A DNA stretch of 63,978 nucleotides, counting the filler, from Dirinaria sp. TL-2023a (lineage: Eukaryota): the NCBI GenBank assembly GCA_051941275.1. It is 3 parts of 3 records of this genome, joined end to end, with 100 filler letters (N's around TTAATTAATTAA, not from the genome) between each part and the next. Parts side by side here need not be neighbours in the genome. Positions count along the whole stretch, not along the records: positions 22,473 to 44,827 come from JAVEBF010000226.1; positions 44,928 to 63,978 come from JAVEBF010000354.1; 1 more part is not named here. One strand, given 5' to 3'. Below the pieces are notes generated by a model. It was not told where the DNA came from. It was given only the letters and a program-made list of their open reading frames with translations, and ran no database searches. Shown one piece after another: positions 39,877 through 50,735 of the stretch. Made by a program: the position numbers and the translations under genes. Each line of letters begins with the position of its first letter. Position 1 is the first letter of the stretch.

Positions 39877-41962
39877 ATGCCTCCAAAGCGTAAAGCGTCT
39901 GTTAAGCAGGAGGGCAAAAAGCAGCAGAAGCAGGACGGCCAGAAAGCTGTATCGCATGACATTGATGTGCCCATTGATGAAGGTTTCCTTGCAGATGGTG
40001 AGCTGCCAACTATATCGCCAATAGACGTCTAAGGCAAGGGTCAGTTCAAGGTCACTAATGACTGACACGAGGGAATAGGAAGTGCCAAGGTCCATGTCGA
40101 TGAGGATAGCATCATCTACGATGCGTCCTTGAATCAGACTAACATTGGGGGAAACAACAACAAAGTCCGCCGTCTGTGACGCTGTAAGCCATTTTAGCAT
40201 GCTGACTGGTGAGTCAGTTCTATCGCCTACAACTCCTGCAGGATGGTCAGGGTAAGGAGTACTACTGCCATACTCGATGGGGTAGGGTTGGTGAGTTCGG
40301 CCAAAGCAAGACAATGGGCCCGACGTCCCTGGACGCCGCCTACAAAGAGTTCCTGAAGAAATTCAAGGACAAGTCTGGCCACAAATGGGAAGACCGCGGA
40401 GAACCAGCCAAGAAAGGCAAATACACCTTTCTCGAGCGTAGCTACGAAGATGACGACGAACAAGACAACAGCGGCGTCAAGAAAGAAGAAGACGATGATG
40501 GCTCGCCTCCTATTGAAAGCAAACTGCCTCGTCAGGTTCAGCGACTTGTGGAGCTGATATTTAACCAAAATCACTTCAATGCGACGCTTGAGTCTATCGG
40601 TTACAACGCCAACAAGCTGCCACTTGGTAAGCTCTCTAAAGCTACCTTGAAACAAGGCTTTGAGCATCTTCACGAGCTGGCGGCCCTCATTAAACACCCA
40701 AGCCTGGCTCAGAACAAGTACCAAGTCTCACAGCAAGAGGTAAGCCAGTAAAGGGGATCTCATCGCAAGTCTTCTTGCAATCCTACACACTCTTACATAT
40801 GTAAGATTCTAGCGAGATCGCAATTGCTTTCTATGCTATGTCTGTCTAATCTTGAACGTACAACCGATGTCTTGCAATGAACACTTGTCTCCAAATCCCC
40901 TGTCAAGTCGAGAAAAATGCGTCAGCAACTGACGCTTTGTGAGAGTAGGCGCTTGAAGACTTTTCCAACAAGTACTACTCGACGATACCCCATGAATTCG
41001 GCCGCAGTCGTCCACCGCTGATTGATAATCAAGACACGCTTCGTGCTGAGACTTCTATGCTTGACACCCTGACTGACATGGAAGTTGCCAATACTATAAT
41101 GAAGACAACGGCTGACAAGAAAAAAGACGCGGAAGCCGTCAGCATTATTGACAAGCGTTTCCGGGAGCTTAGCATGGAAGAGATGACTCCGCTGGAACAT
41201 AAGTCATCCGAGTATAAAGCGCTAGCTGACTACCTCATCAAGTCGTCCGGGACGACTCACGGTATCCGCTATCGTCTGGAAGACATCTTTCGCATCGAGC
41301 GTGTCGGAGAAGTCGATCGTTTTGACAAATCTCGATTCGCGAAACTGCATAAATCCGATAAGCGGCTCCTATGGTAAAATGCTACATTTTTATCTTCTTA
41401 GTATTTCACATCTGACGCTATTAGGCACGGGTCACGAACTACCAACTTTGGTGGTATCCTGTCTCAAGGACTCCGCATTGCTCCTCCGGAAGCTCCCGTC
41501 AATGGGTACGCTTTTGGCAAAGGTGTTTATCTTGCTGATATCTCCAGCAAGTCAGCACAATACTGTTCTTCCGGAATGAGTGGCGATACAGGCCTCCTGC
41601 TGCTGTGCGAGGCAGAGCTTGGCAAGCCGATGTACGAGATCCCGACTGGGGATTCTGGTGCTCGAGAGCAGGCCGAAAAGCGCGGATGTATATCGACGCT
41701 TGGTGTCGGACGTACAGCTCCTCAAGGGTGGACCGATGCTGGCATCATCCATGATAGTCTTCAAGGTGTCCAGATGGTAGGTCACGTTCAGGCTTATCGC
41801 TCCTCTTGGGATTGTGCTAATGGAGCAACGTAGCCCGATGTCAGCCAAGGCATTGGTGACAACAAAGCAGCGAATGCCAATGGGTATCTCATGTACAACG
41901 AGTATATCGCCTACGATGTTGCTCAACTGCGCCTGAAATATCTTTTCCGCATTGGGATGTAG
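39877..41962 (+). CDS. Poly(ADP-ribose) polymerase (WGR + regulatory + catalytic domains), multi-exon
   Basis: WGR domain ([19 protein letters not shown]...TRWGRVG), LPLGKLSK, and the catalytic H-Y-E motifs [33 protein letters not shown] and YNEYIAY. Confidence 0.92.
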
Positions 41963-42396
41963 ACTCCAGTCTGTCACGACTAAGTGAGAACTGTTCGTCG
42001 GTGGCAGTGCTTCGAGTGGGGTTCTACGATTGCATCAACTGGCAAAGAAATTTAGTAGATTTGTTCAAGCTTGCTATAAGGCTATGAGCCTTTGGTGCCT
42101 CCATCTGAACACCGAGTTAGAGACTAGTCAACACACATTTGTGATCTGGATTGCTGTTCTTCAGCCTAGATTTATTGCAAGCTTTTTACGAAATAAGATA
42201 GGGTGTCGAAAGCCATTCAATCCAGCGTAAGATCATCAAGTGTTTGGGGCGTTATCAGAGAAGAGTCCTCAATGCTTAGAGCGAGTACAGTAGATAAAAT
42301 GTTAGAGCCTCCGGCTCGTCTTCTTACACCACCTCATCATTGATTGTATATACTTCATCGAGGATTTCACAGGGGGGCAAAAGTTGAAAGGACTAC

Positions 42397-42434
42397 GAAA
42401 AAGAAAAAAAAAAAAAAATAAAAGGAAAAAAAAA
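42397..42434 (-). terminator. Oligo-T RNA polymerase III terminator of the tRNA-Tyr gene
   Basis: T-runs on the minus strand begin 14 nt downstream of the discriminator A73 (42448). Confidence 0.75.
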
Positions 42435-42447
42435 GTTTGATAGTTGT

Positions 42448-42594
42448 TCCCTTGGGGCTATTAATGATGTTAGACATCATTCAAGGAATTTCAAGTTTTG
42501 ATGGTAGTTGGAACTTACCGGAGTCGAACCGCCGACAACCCGGTAACAATTTTCAATTACAGCCGGGTGCCATAACCAACTAGACCACCAAGGG
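42448..42594 (-). tRNA. tRNA-Tyr(GUA) with a canonical 12-nt anticodon intron (42556-42545) and a 61-nt spliceosomal-type intron in the T-stem (42518-42458)
   Basis: Spliced sequence: CCCTTGG TG GTCT AGTTGGTTA TGGC A CCCGG CT GTA A/A CCGGG TTGTC GGCGG TTCGACT CCG/CC CCAAGGG A. It has a 7-bp acceptor stem, 5-bp anticodon and T stems, and the eukaryotic Tyr identity elements C1:G72 and A73. Confidence 0.9.
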
Positions 42595-42738
42595 CGTTGA
42601 GTATTTCGCCGCTAATTTTTATATAATACCTTTAAAATCTAGGGTTTCTGGTCCCGAGCAGTGATTGGGGAGGTAGCTAAACCAGATCTTCTGCGTCTAT
42701 TCAGCATGAAGATTGACTATCCTATGCAACCACAAATT

Positions 42739-44661
42739 ATGTCTTCACCCTCTCCAAGGAAGCCTAGAAAGAAGAAGAAAGACACGACCAAATCTACAGA
42801 AATCACCAAGAATCAAATCCTGACAACCAATAAGAAAACAACCGCCGCAATCCCCACATTCCCCCTCGCCTCTATACTATGGCCTGCTCGCGGGTCAACG
42901 TCTCAATGGGTCACTCTACCGCTGATATTAATGGCTGTAGGCCTCTTCAGATGGAGTGCTGGCTTCTGGGGTTATTCTGGTATGAATCTACTTCAATGTG
43001 CAGTTCTGCAATGCTCACATCTTTCTAGGCTTCAATACCCCCTTCATGTATGGCGACTTTGAAGCTCAAAGACACTGGATGGAAATCACTACACATTTAC
43101 CCGTCTCTCAATGGTATTTTTACGACCTCGAATACTGGGGACTCGACTATCCGCCCCTGACAGCTTACCACAGTTGGCTTCTTGGAAATTTGTAAGTCTG
43201 GTGGAGATATATTTCACAAGCAACGATGGACTGACAGAGCACCGCAGAGGTTCCTTCATCAATCCGACATGGTTTGAGCTGGAAAGCTCCCGGGGTTTTG
43301 AGGGTCAACTCCTCAAGGTCTACATGCGCGCAACTGTCCTCGTTTCTGAATATCTTGTCTACATACCTGCAGCAGTCATTCTCAACCGTGGGCTCTCAAG
43401 GTTACACGGTGTTAGTAAATGGGAGAGCTCCATTGCTTTGACAGCGATCCTTATGCAGCCAGCCACGATACTCATCGACCATGCACATTTTCAATACAAC
43501 ACTGTGATGCTAGGCTTCACAATTGCCAGCATCTCCAGTATCGTCGCAGGTCGAACCCTCTGGGCTTGCGTCTTCTTCGTTTCCGCTCTCTGTTTTAAGC
43601 AAATGGCACTCTACTACGCGCCTGCGATATTTGCCTATCTTCTCGGTGTCTGCATTTCCCCTCGCCCAAGTATCATCCGCTTCATCGGCATAGCGATCGT
43701 CACACTGTTCACATTCGCGACGATTTTCGCTCCTCTTTTGCTTGGGGCCCTTGTTGACAGTCACCGTAACATCTCACCCACGCCCGACCTCACGGACCCA
43801 CCTCTTCCGTCCTTGCTCTTATCCCTTCCCATATCTCTCGACCGCCAGGCATGGTACTTTCCGCCGATCCTCCAATTGAGCCAATCCATCCATCGGATCT
43901 TCCCCTTCGCGCGCGGGATCTTCGAAGACAAAGTCGCCAACCTCTGGTGCGCTCTACATACGGTCCACAAACTCCACCACTATTCCAAAGCCGCCATCCA
44001 GCGCGTCTCCCTTCTGATGACGATCGTTTCCATCCTGCCCGCCTCGATGATCATCTCGCTATTCCCTCGCAAAGAGCTGATACCCTGGGCAATGGCCAGT
44101 ACGGCATGGGGCTTCTATCTATGCTCATTCCAGGTGCACGAGAAAAGCGTGCTGTTGCCACTCCTACCGATGACAGTGATGTTGGGTGGAGACGGAGGTC
44201 TAGGGATGGAAACCAGAGGCTGGATCGGATGGGCGAACCTGCTGGGAACATGGACCCTGTTCCCACTTTTAAAACGTGATGAGCTGAGGGTCCCATACGC
44301 CGTTCTGAGCCTGCTATGGGCTTACCTACTCAGTCTGCCCCCAACGTCCCTATCTCTCTACACAGCGCGCACCACGCAATCGAAAACGGGACTCAGGATC
44401 ACCACCAGAGCGCTGCACCTGGCCTTTTACGCAGCCATGCTCGGATGGCATGTTCTGGAAGCATTCGTCCCAACGCCCGCCGGCAAACCGGATCTGTGGG
44501 TCGTGCTGAACGTGCTGGTCGGTGCCGCGGGGTTCGGGATCTGTTATCTCTGGTGCACGTGGCAGTTGATCCTGAGGAGCGGCGTGCTGGAGGATTATTT
44601 CGGCGTCCGGCTGCGCTTGGAAAGTAATAACATCGCAGCAGCAGAGAAGAAGAAGAAATAA
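42739..44661 (+). CDS. ALG6: Dolichyl-P-Glc:Man9GlcNAc2-PP-dolichol alpha-1,3-glucosyltransferase
   Basis: [64 protein letters not shown]-terminal KKKK ER-retrieval-like end. Confidence 0.95.
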
Positions 44662-44827
44662 GACCCTCTTTTCAAACCCCCTAACTGAGATACCCACGGT
44701 ATATATATAGCACATAGCTAGATAGAAACACCCATCTTAAAAATACATATATGTACAAATCATCCACCCATGCCATGCCATGCCATTCTATTTCTATCCC
44801 TCATCTCATCTAGAATTAGAGTAGAGA

Positions 44828-44927
44828 NNNNNNNNNNNNNNNNNNNNNNNNNNNNNNNNNNNNNNNNNNNNTTAATTAATTAANNNNNNNNNNNNNNNNN
44901 NNNNNNNNNNNNNNNNNNNNNNNNNNN
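44828..44927. other. Artificial contig-joining spacer (N44-TTAATTAATTAA-N44)
   Basis: Same 100-nt design as 22373-22472. Confidence 0.97.
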
Positions 44928-45165
44928 AGAGAAGGGAGTGTTGATGACGAGAGCGGGAGGGAGGGACTGGGGCGCAGAGGGAGAGTGGGGTATGAAATAG
45001 AAAAGGAGAATAGAGCGGTCCGTTTTTGATGGCTACTGGGGGAGGGTAGGATGGGGGATTTATGGCAGGGAAGAGGATTGAGTTTGGTTTTGATCTGGGT
45101 TAGAATGGGGTAAAGAAGGGAATGTGTTTGGATTTGCAATTGCTGCTGCTATAGAACAAAGGTTT

Positions 45166-45808
45166 CTAATTGAAGCCATCCACGACCTGGCCTTCCCTGA
45201 CATATTCCTCCACCCAGCCGATAGTCATCCTGTTTTGAAGTCAGTCAAGTCCTATCACGTTGGGAAAGAACGATGTGTTTCTAGAGGGTGGAAAAAACAT
45301 ACATGCTCCTCTTGACATCGGCGAATTCCTTGTGGTCGTCGATGAGGTTCGCCTTGTACCACGGATCCTGCTTCATGCGCTTGTAATCCTCGAGCGACTC
45401 GAAGAAGACCTGGCTGAAGCAGTCGAAGTCGGCGAGGCGGCACATTTGCTGGTCGAAGAGCTCCCCCATCATCTTGCGGGTTGGGGATTGGTTGTGGACC
45501 TACATACATATCTTGGTTAGAAAATATAGGACTTACAAATATTGATGATTGAGGAGGTAGACAGGGGCGCTTTTTTTTTTTTTTTTTTTTTTTGTTTTGG
45601 AACTCACCTGTGTCCATCTCTTGATTCCGTACTTGACCATCAGATCCTGGGTCATTGGGGCGGAGACATTGACCATGTGATTGCGGTAGTCTTCCTCGCT
45701 CATGCCGGGCTTGCGATAGCCGCAGATGGTCAGGCAAAGATACTTGTTCTTGGTTGGGCTGGACGGCACGGTGGCCTCGGCGGGCGTGTTCAAGGAGGCG
45801 ACAGTCAT
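45166..45808 (-). CDS. EthD-domain protein (TpcK/GedI-type decarboxylase/dehydratase of anthraquinone clusters), 3 exons
   Basis: [22 protein letters not shown]...KYGIKRWTQ/...[27 protein letters not shown]...[26 protein letters not shown]. Confidence 0.88.
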
Positions 45809-47651
45809 CTTGATTCTTGCTATATCAAATACAGAAATGTATGATGTGTGCTTGGCGAGCAGAGAAAGGGAGAGGGGATTAAGAGAAAAATGGGCAAGAA
45901 CTTGGAACGCTGGCATGATTGGGCATCTCGGACGGTTGCTGTCTTTTCATCCCGATAGAGACAATAGAGATATGACAGTTACTCCGCGTACTTTCCAGTA
46001 AGCGGTGAGTTTGATGGATGTGAATCAATCAGAAGCATCGCCAGCGCAAGGTATTCTGCCCAAAATCATGACTCGGGGCCGCCGTATCGATCGTCGGTCA
46101 AAGTAGACTAGTAGCCACGGCCAACACATCGCTGCACTTGATCTTCGCACCCAAGAATCACAATGGTGCCGCGACCGGGGTCCGAAGCACCCAAACCAAG
46201 CCTTCAAGCTACTGTCTAAGGAACGATGTGGCACTCGGAAGGGAATTGCTACCGAATACGCGGAGCTGGATGTACAGTTCCAAAACACCACCCGCGAGCG
46301 AGATCACCAAGAGACTAATGTATCTTGGCGACAGCGTCCTTTGCGTCAGACAAGCCAGGCACGAGTAATTCCTTTGTGTATGACTGCATCGGGGCTGAAT
46401 TCCGTCCCCGCCTGACGAGGATCCCGGCGCCATGATGAGTGCCTCAGCGACGGTGCCTCCCGCTTTCCTTGATACTAGGAATCATCGAGCTCAGCCACGG
46501 GATGCGCCTAAATGGGCCCGTCTCTGCCGTTACGGTCCCATTCTTACAATGCCCGCGGTCTCTAATGCCACACCCTTCGCTCGGGCTGTATAGATACATT
46601 GCCCTGCGCAAGTGCGCGCTTCGGACCGCACGCAGTAGTGGGCGTCCGCTGCGACGAAAATCATTCCATTAGGGCCGTCACTTTGACTTCACGTGGTCTA
46701 ACATGTGTTCCGCAAGCAATTCCCTGTTTCGGATGATGGGGGAGATCGGTCTCGGCAACGGCATCAGCGATGGCGTTGAGGGACGTGCAGCAGCTGATGA
46801 TGATGATGATGATGCGATGGGCGGATTAGCCCGGTATTCGCTCGCTGTTTTCCCCTCGTCGGCGGTTGCGTCTAGATTTGATGTACGTGGCTACGTGCAA
46901 GAACTCGGTCATTTTCCGAGAGGTGGTGAAAAGGGAGCTAAGGTACGTACTACTTTACTAGTTCAAAACAAAGATACTACGCCCGTAGCAGTAAGCGGCC
47001 GGCGCACTGTTTTGAATTCTCGGGATGGACTAAAAGGGGGCTGAATGAAGCATGTGGCTCCATGCAGAAGTTGGAACTTGGAATGACTTTTCAGAGGATA
47101 AAAACCTTCCGATGCATCAGGTTAATCCCCGAACCCCCACTCCCCCATCTCTATGTACACTACTGTATAGTCCTTGACTCCTTGATACTTTCCGCAAGGC
47201 TTCGAACCCTGGTCGTCTCGGGTGTTGGATTGTTTTGGCAAATCTCGATGGGCGGATTACATAAGCAAGATACCGCTGTTGGACGACCTGCTGTAACAGC
47301 CCTTGTCTACAGGGAACATGACAACAGGCTCGCATGTTTACCGAGTAAGCTGAAAGCTACGCATCACGGAATCCAAGACTGGCTGCGAAATCGCCTAAGC
47401 AGTGAGAGGTACAAGGTGCTGAATTGTTGGCTTGACATATAACTTGCTGCTATCTTACCTGCCAAGCTCCTTCGCGTGAAATGACTTTGACGACAAAGTG
47501 TTCTACATAGATCGGTAGCCACGTCCATGGATACCCACTGCTTCCCAGACGGCGAAACGAGCGTAGCAATCCATAAACCGACAGACAAAAACAAAACAAA
47601 ACCATACTGCTGTCCCTGTCTAAAGTGTATCCCCTTAAAGGCGCGATGGTG

Positions 47652-48727
47652 TCAGCTCAAGGTAATTTCTCGGACCTGGACATTGACGACGGACGGAGCC
47701 TTCAACCCCTTCCTCCGCACCGTCTGCTGCACCGCTTCGACAGAGTACCACTTTTTCTTGCCGCCCCTCATCTCGAACGCCACCTTGCCATCACCGGCCA
47801 GTTTCCGTAGTACCTCGTCCATGAACGGCTCCAACGCAAGCGTGCGCGTGCCCTCGTCCAGCGACTCGCCGTAGATCTCGGTCACGACATCCTTGACCGC
47901 GACGCTCTTCTCGCCCCGGCTGCGCACTCGGCCCAGCGCTTGCATGACTTGCCGCTCGCGCCGCCACTTCAGGCTCAATTCCCCCGCGATCTTGGCCGGC
48001 AGGTTCTCGATCGTGACGCCGTGGGCGGAATGGCCGACGGTGCAGTTCTGGGCGGCCATCTTCTGCAGACTGGCCATGAAGGTGCCCAGATCTTCGACCG
48101 CGCTGGTGCCGTGGCCCAGGATGTTGTCGCCCGTGAACATGGCCCGCTCTTCCTCGAGGATGAAGCACATGTGGTCCTCGGAATGTCCGGGCACATGTAT
48201 GGAACGAACAGTTGCGCCCTCGACCTCGAATATCTGCCCGTCGGTGATGTTCTGCTGGCCTTCTTCCGGTTCGTTCTTGTAGATGGAATCCTTGAGGTGC
48301 GGGTACAGGCGTAGAAGATCAGGAACGCCGCCAGTGTGGTCGCCATGCCAGTGGGTCAGTAGCACGTGCGACAAGCTGATATCCATGGATTCGAGCGTGG
48401 ATGCAATCAGCTCCGCCCATCCTGGCTCGCCACCAGAGGTGTCGACGATGAGTCGATGATGACCAGTGCCGACGATGTATGTGTTGGTCCCCTGGAATGT
48501 GAACTGCGCAGAAAATGTTAGCCACTGAAATCTGCCAGGACTTGATATCCGAATGAGTGATTTACCTTCCCAGGATTCTGACCCAGTACGCGAAGCACTC
48601 TTGGCGTGAGCTGTTCAACATTCGCCAATTGAGGTAGACGTTGTGTTTGGCTCTTGAGGTATTCATCGAATGCACAGATGTTCAACGATTTGTTGATCTG
48701 CCGGTATCCGCCCTTGTCTTCTGCCAT
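47652..48727 (-). CDS. Metallo-beta-lactamase-type thioesterase (atrochrysone carboxyl-ACP thioesterase, MdpF/GedB-like)
   Basis: MAEDKGGYRQINKSLNICAF, VLGQNPGK/FTFQGTNTYIVGTG, the THWHGDH metal motif, PGHSEDH and FTGDNILGHG. Confidence 0.93.
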
Positions 48728-50735
48728 GATGAATAATAGAACGATATCTTACAGCAATATAACAATTGTGTCGGCAAAGATCGACTGGCTTGAAGCTGAC
48801 GACTTGATAAGTGTTTTTCACCCTTTTGCTCTCTCTGTCTCTCTATGTATAGAATCTGGGCAGGCCTGATATCGAGACTTGACCAGCCGTTGTTTAGGAA
48901 AGGAATGTAGATGCAGTCTCAACAATAGCTAATGAAATTTAGTCTGCTATGCTGCAGGAAATAAAACGCCGACGCACCGGGAAGAAAAAAATTGTGTAAG
49001 GACTTTCAATTAAATATGTATAGGAAGATTTAACAGGCTTGGGCCAGGGTCTTCCTCTAAGCCTCCTGAAACCTCCCCAGTCCTCCAACGCATGGGCCAC
49101 TGCTCACTCTCCTGCGCCTCGGTGCTTTAATCCATACCGACGTCATCCTCAAGCTCGGGGCGAATGCTGCTTTACATATTCCCCCGATTGGGCAGCAGAC
49201 GATCGTGCAACGAGCTTGCTTCAGCTTTCACGCGCTAAAAGACCAATTTCAGCTCCTTTCAAGTCTTAGCAAAACAGCCTCTTGATCAAGATTTGTAGAG
49301 CGCGAGGGCCCTCCTGAGATCCGGCTTTCTTACACTCAAGAAAGCCAACCTTAAACTCTGCTTCTCGACCCTTTGCCTCTCGGTATTCCGGCACAAAGAC
49401 CCTCGGGCAGAAGTGAGTACGAAAATATGCCGTGTGGAGTAGAAGGAAGCCAGGGGATGAGGCTGGACATCCAGACTCCTGCCGTCTGACTTCTTCGACA
49501 CGCTAGCTTCGAGCGTTGTGTTGTCCCCACGCATCCACAGAGTGCTCATTTTCGGGGATGACCGGAAAATCTGCCGAAGCAGGTATATCCCAGATCTACA
49601 TTCTTTCGTATTCACCATCAAGTGAGTCATTGAAACAACGTATGAGCCTGCAGTCCAGAATTTTTACAAGCCGTAATCACCGCGTAGCTCATTTTGTACC
49701 GAATCTTCGAACCATGAAGACGCTCTAGGAACCCCCTTTGAGGTTATGAAAGCTGGCTTATTCTCCGCTTATGAGCATAGCTGTCGCGGACAGCGGTAAC
49801 TTGTAAAAGACTCGCGAGACTTCTGGCTCTATGTGAAAAATATGCGCGAGACACGAAAATGTAGGGCCGTAAAATTTTTTGAGCGCGAACTAGACAGCAA
49901 AGAAGCCGCCTCAGGAGCACTATCCTAATAACGTGCCGACAAATGTGAAAGAAGCACTAACATCCGAAGCTTAGCCTCTGTTACGAACTGTGTAAGATAC
50001 GACGATGTAATCATGTCCAATGCTGGAATGAGCACGTAGAAAGGATATGGAACGTATGTGATGGGGAGAAACGCCCCATGTAGGTAGTTGGAGGATTTGG
50101 CGGTCATTCCAGCCTCTAGGGGGGAGAATAAGACTGAAAAAATAAAGATAAGCACTTAGCATTGCCGGTAAGCCAGACAGCTGTTACCCTATCAGTGATG
50201 TAGAAAGAGAGAGAGACCTACCTACGCCGCTCGGATGGTAATACTCGGGATGAACGACGGGGGCATTTCGGGACGAGTGGCAAGGGGGCCAGTCGTGAGG
50301 ATTCGAGCACGGCCTCATTTAGGGCTGAGTGATGATCTTCTGTTGTGCGCTTCGGTACGAGTACTGATCGTGGGATAATACAGACATACCGATTCCGCAG
50401 TGGGCCTCAGCAATAAGCCACACCGGTTCGAAACCGCCGCTCGTAGAGGAACGGCGGAGGGGCGGAACGTAGGCAGTAAGGTAGCAGTGACCGATTCTCA
50501 AAGGGACCATAGTAAGCCATCACATGGCGAGCGTTGCCCCGAAGCGGTCTGTGATAAATACGGCTTGACCGTGCCTGGAGCAGCAGATCGGCCACCACTC
50601 CAATGTCTCTGTCATAGACCATACTCCATTCTTGCAGGTCCTTTTCCTTCGAATTCAAGCGGCCGAAAGTAGGCCTCTCATTGTTCATTTCTCGTTTCAT
50701 CTTTTTCCCTCGTTCTTACATATCATTCCACACTG

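Noticed and set aside
45900..47600. Searched for an anthrone oxygenase (DUF1772) or other tailoring gene between the EthD gene and the thioesterase
   Set aside because: No frame showed recognisable family motifs; a degraded remnant cannot be excluded without a homology search.
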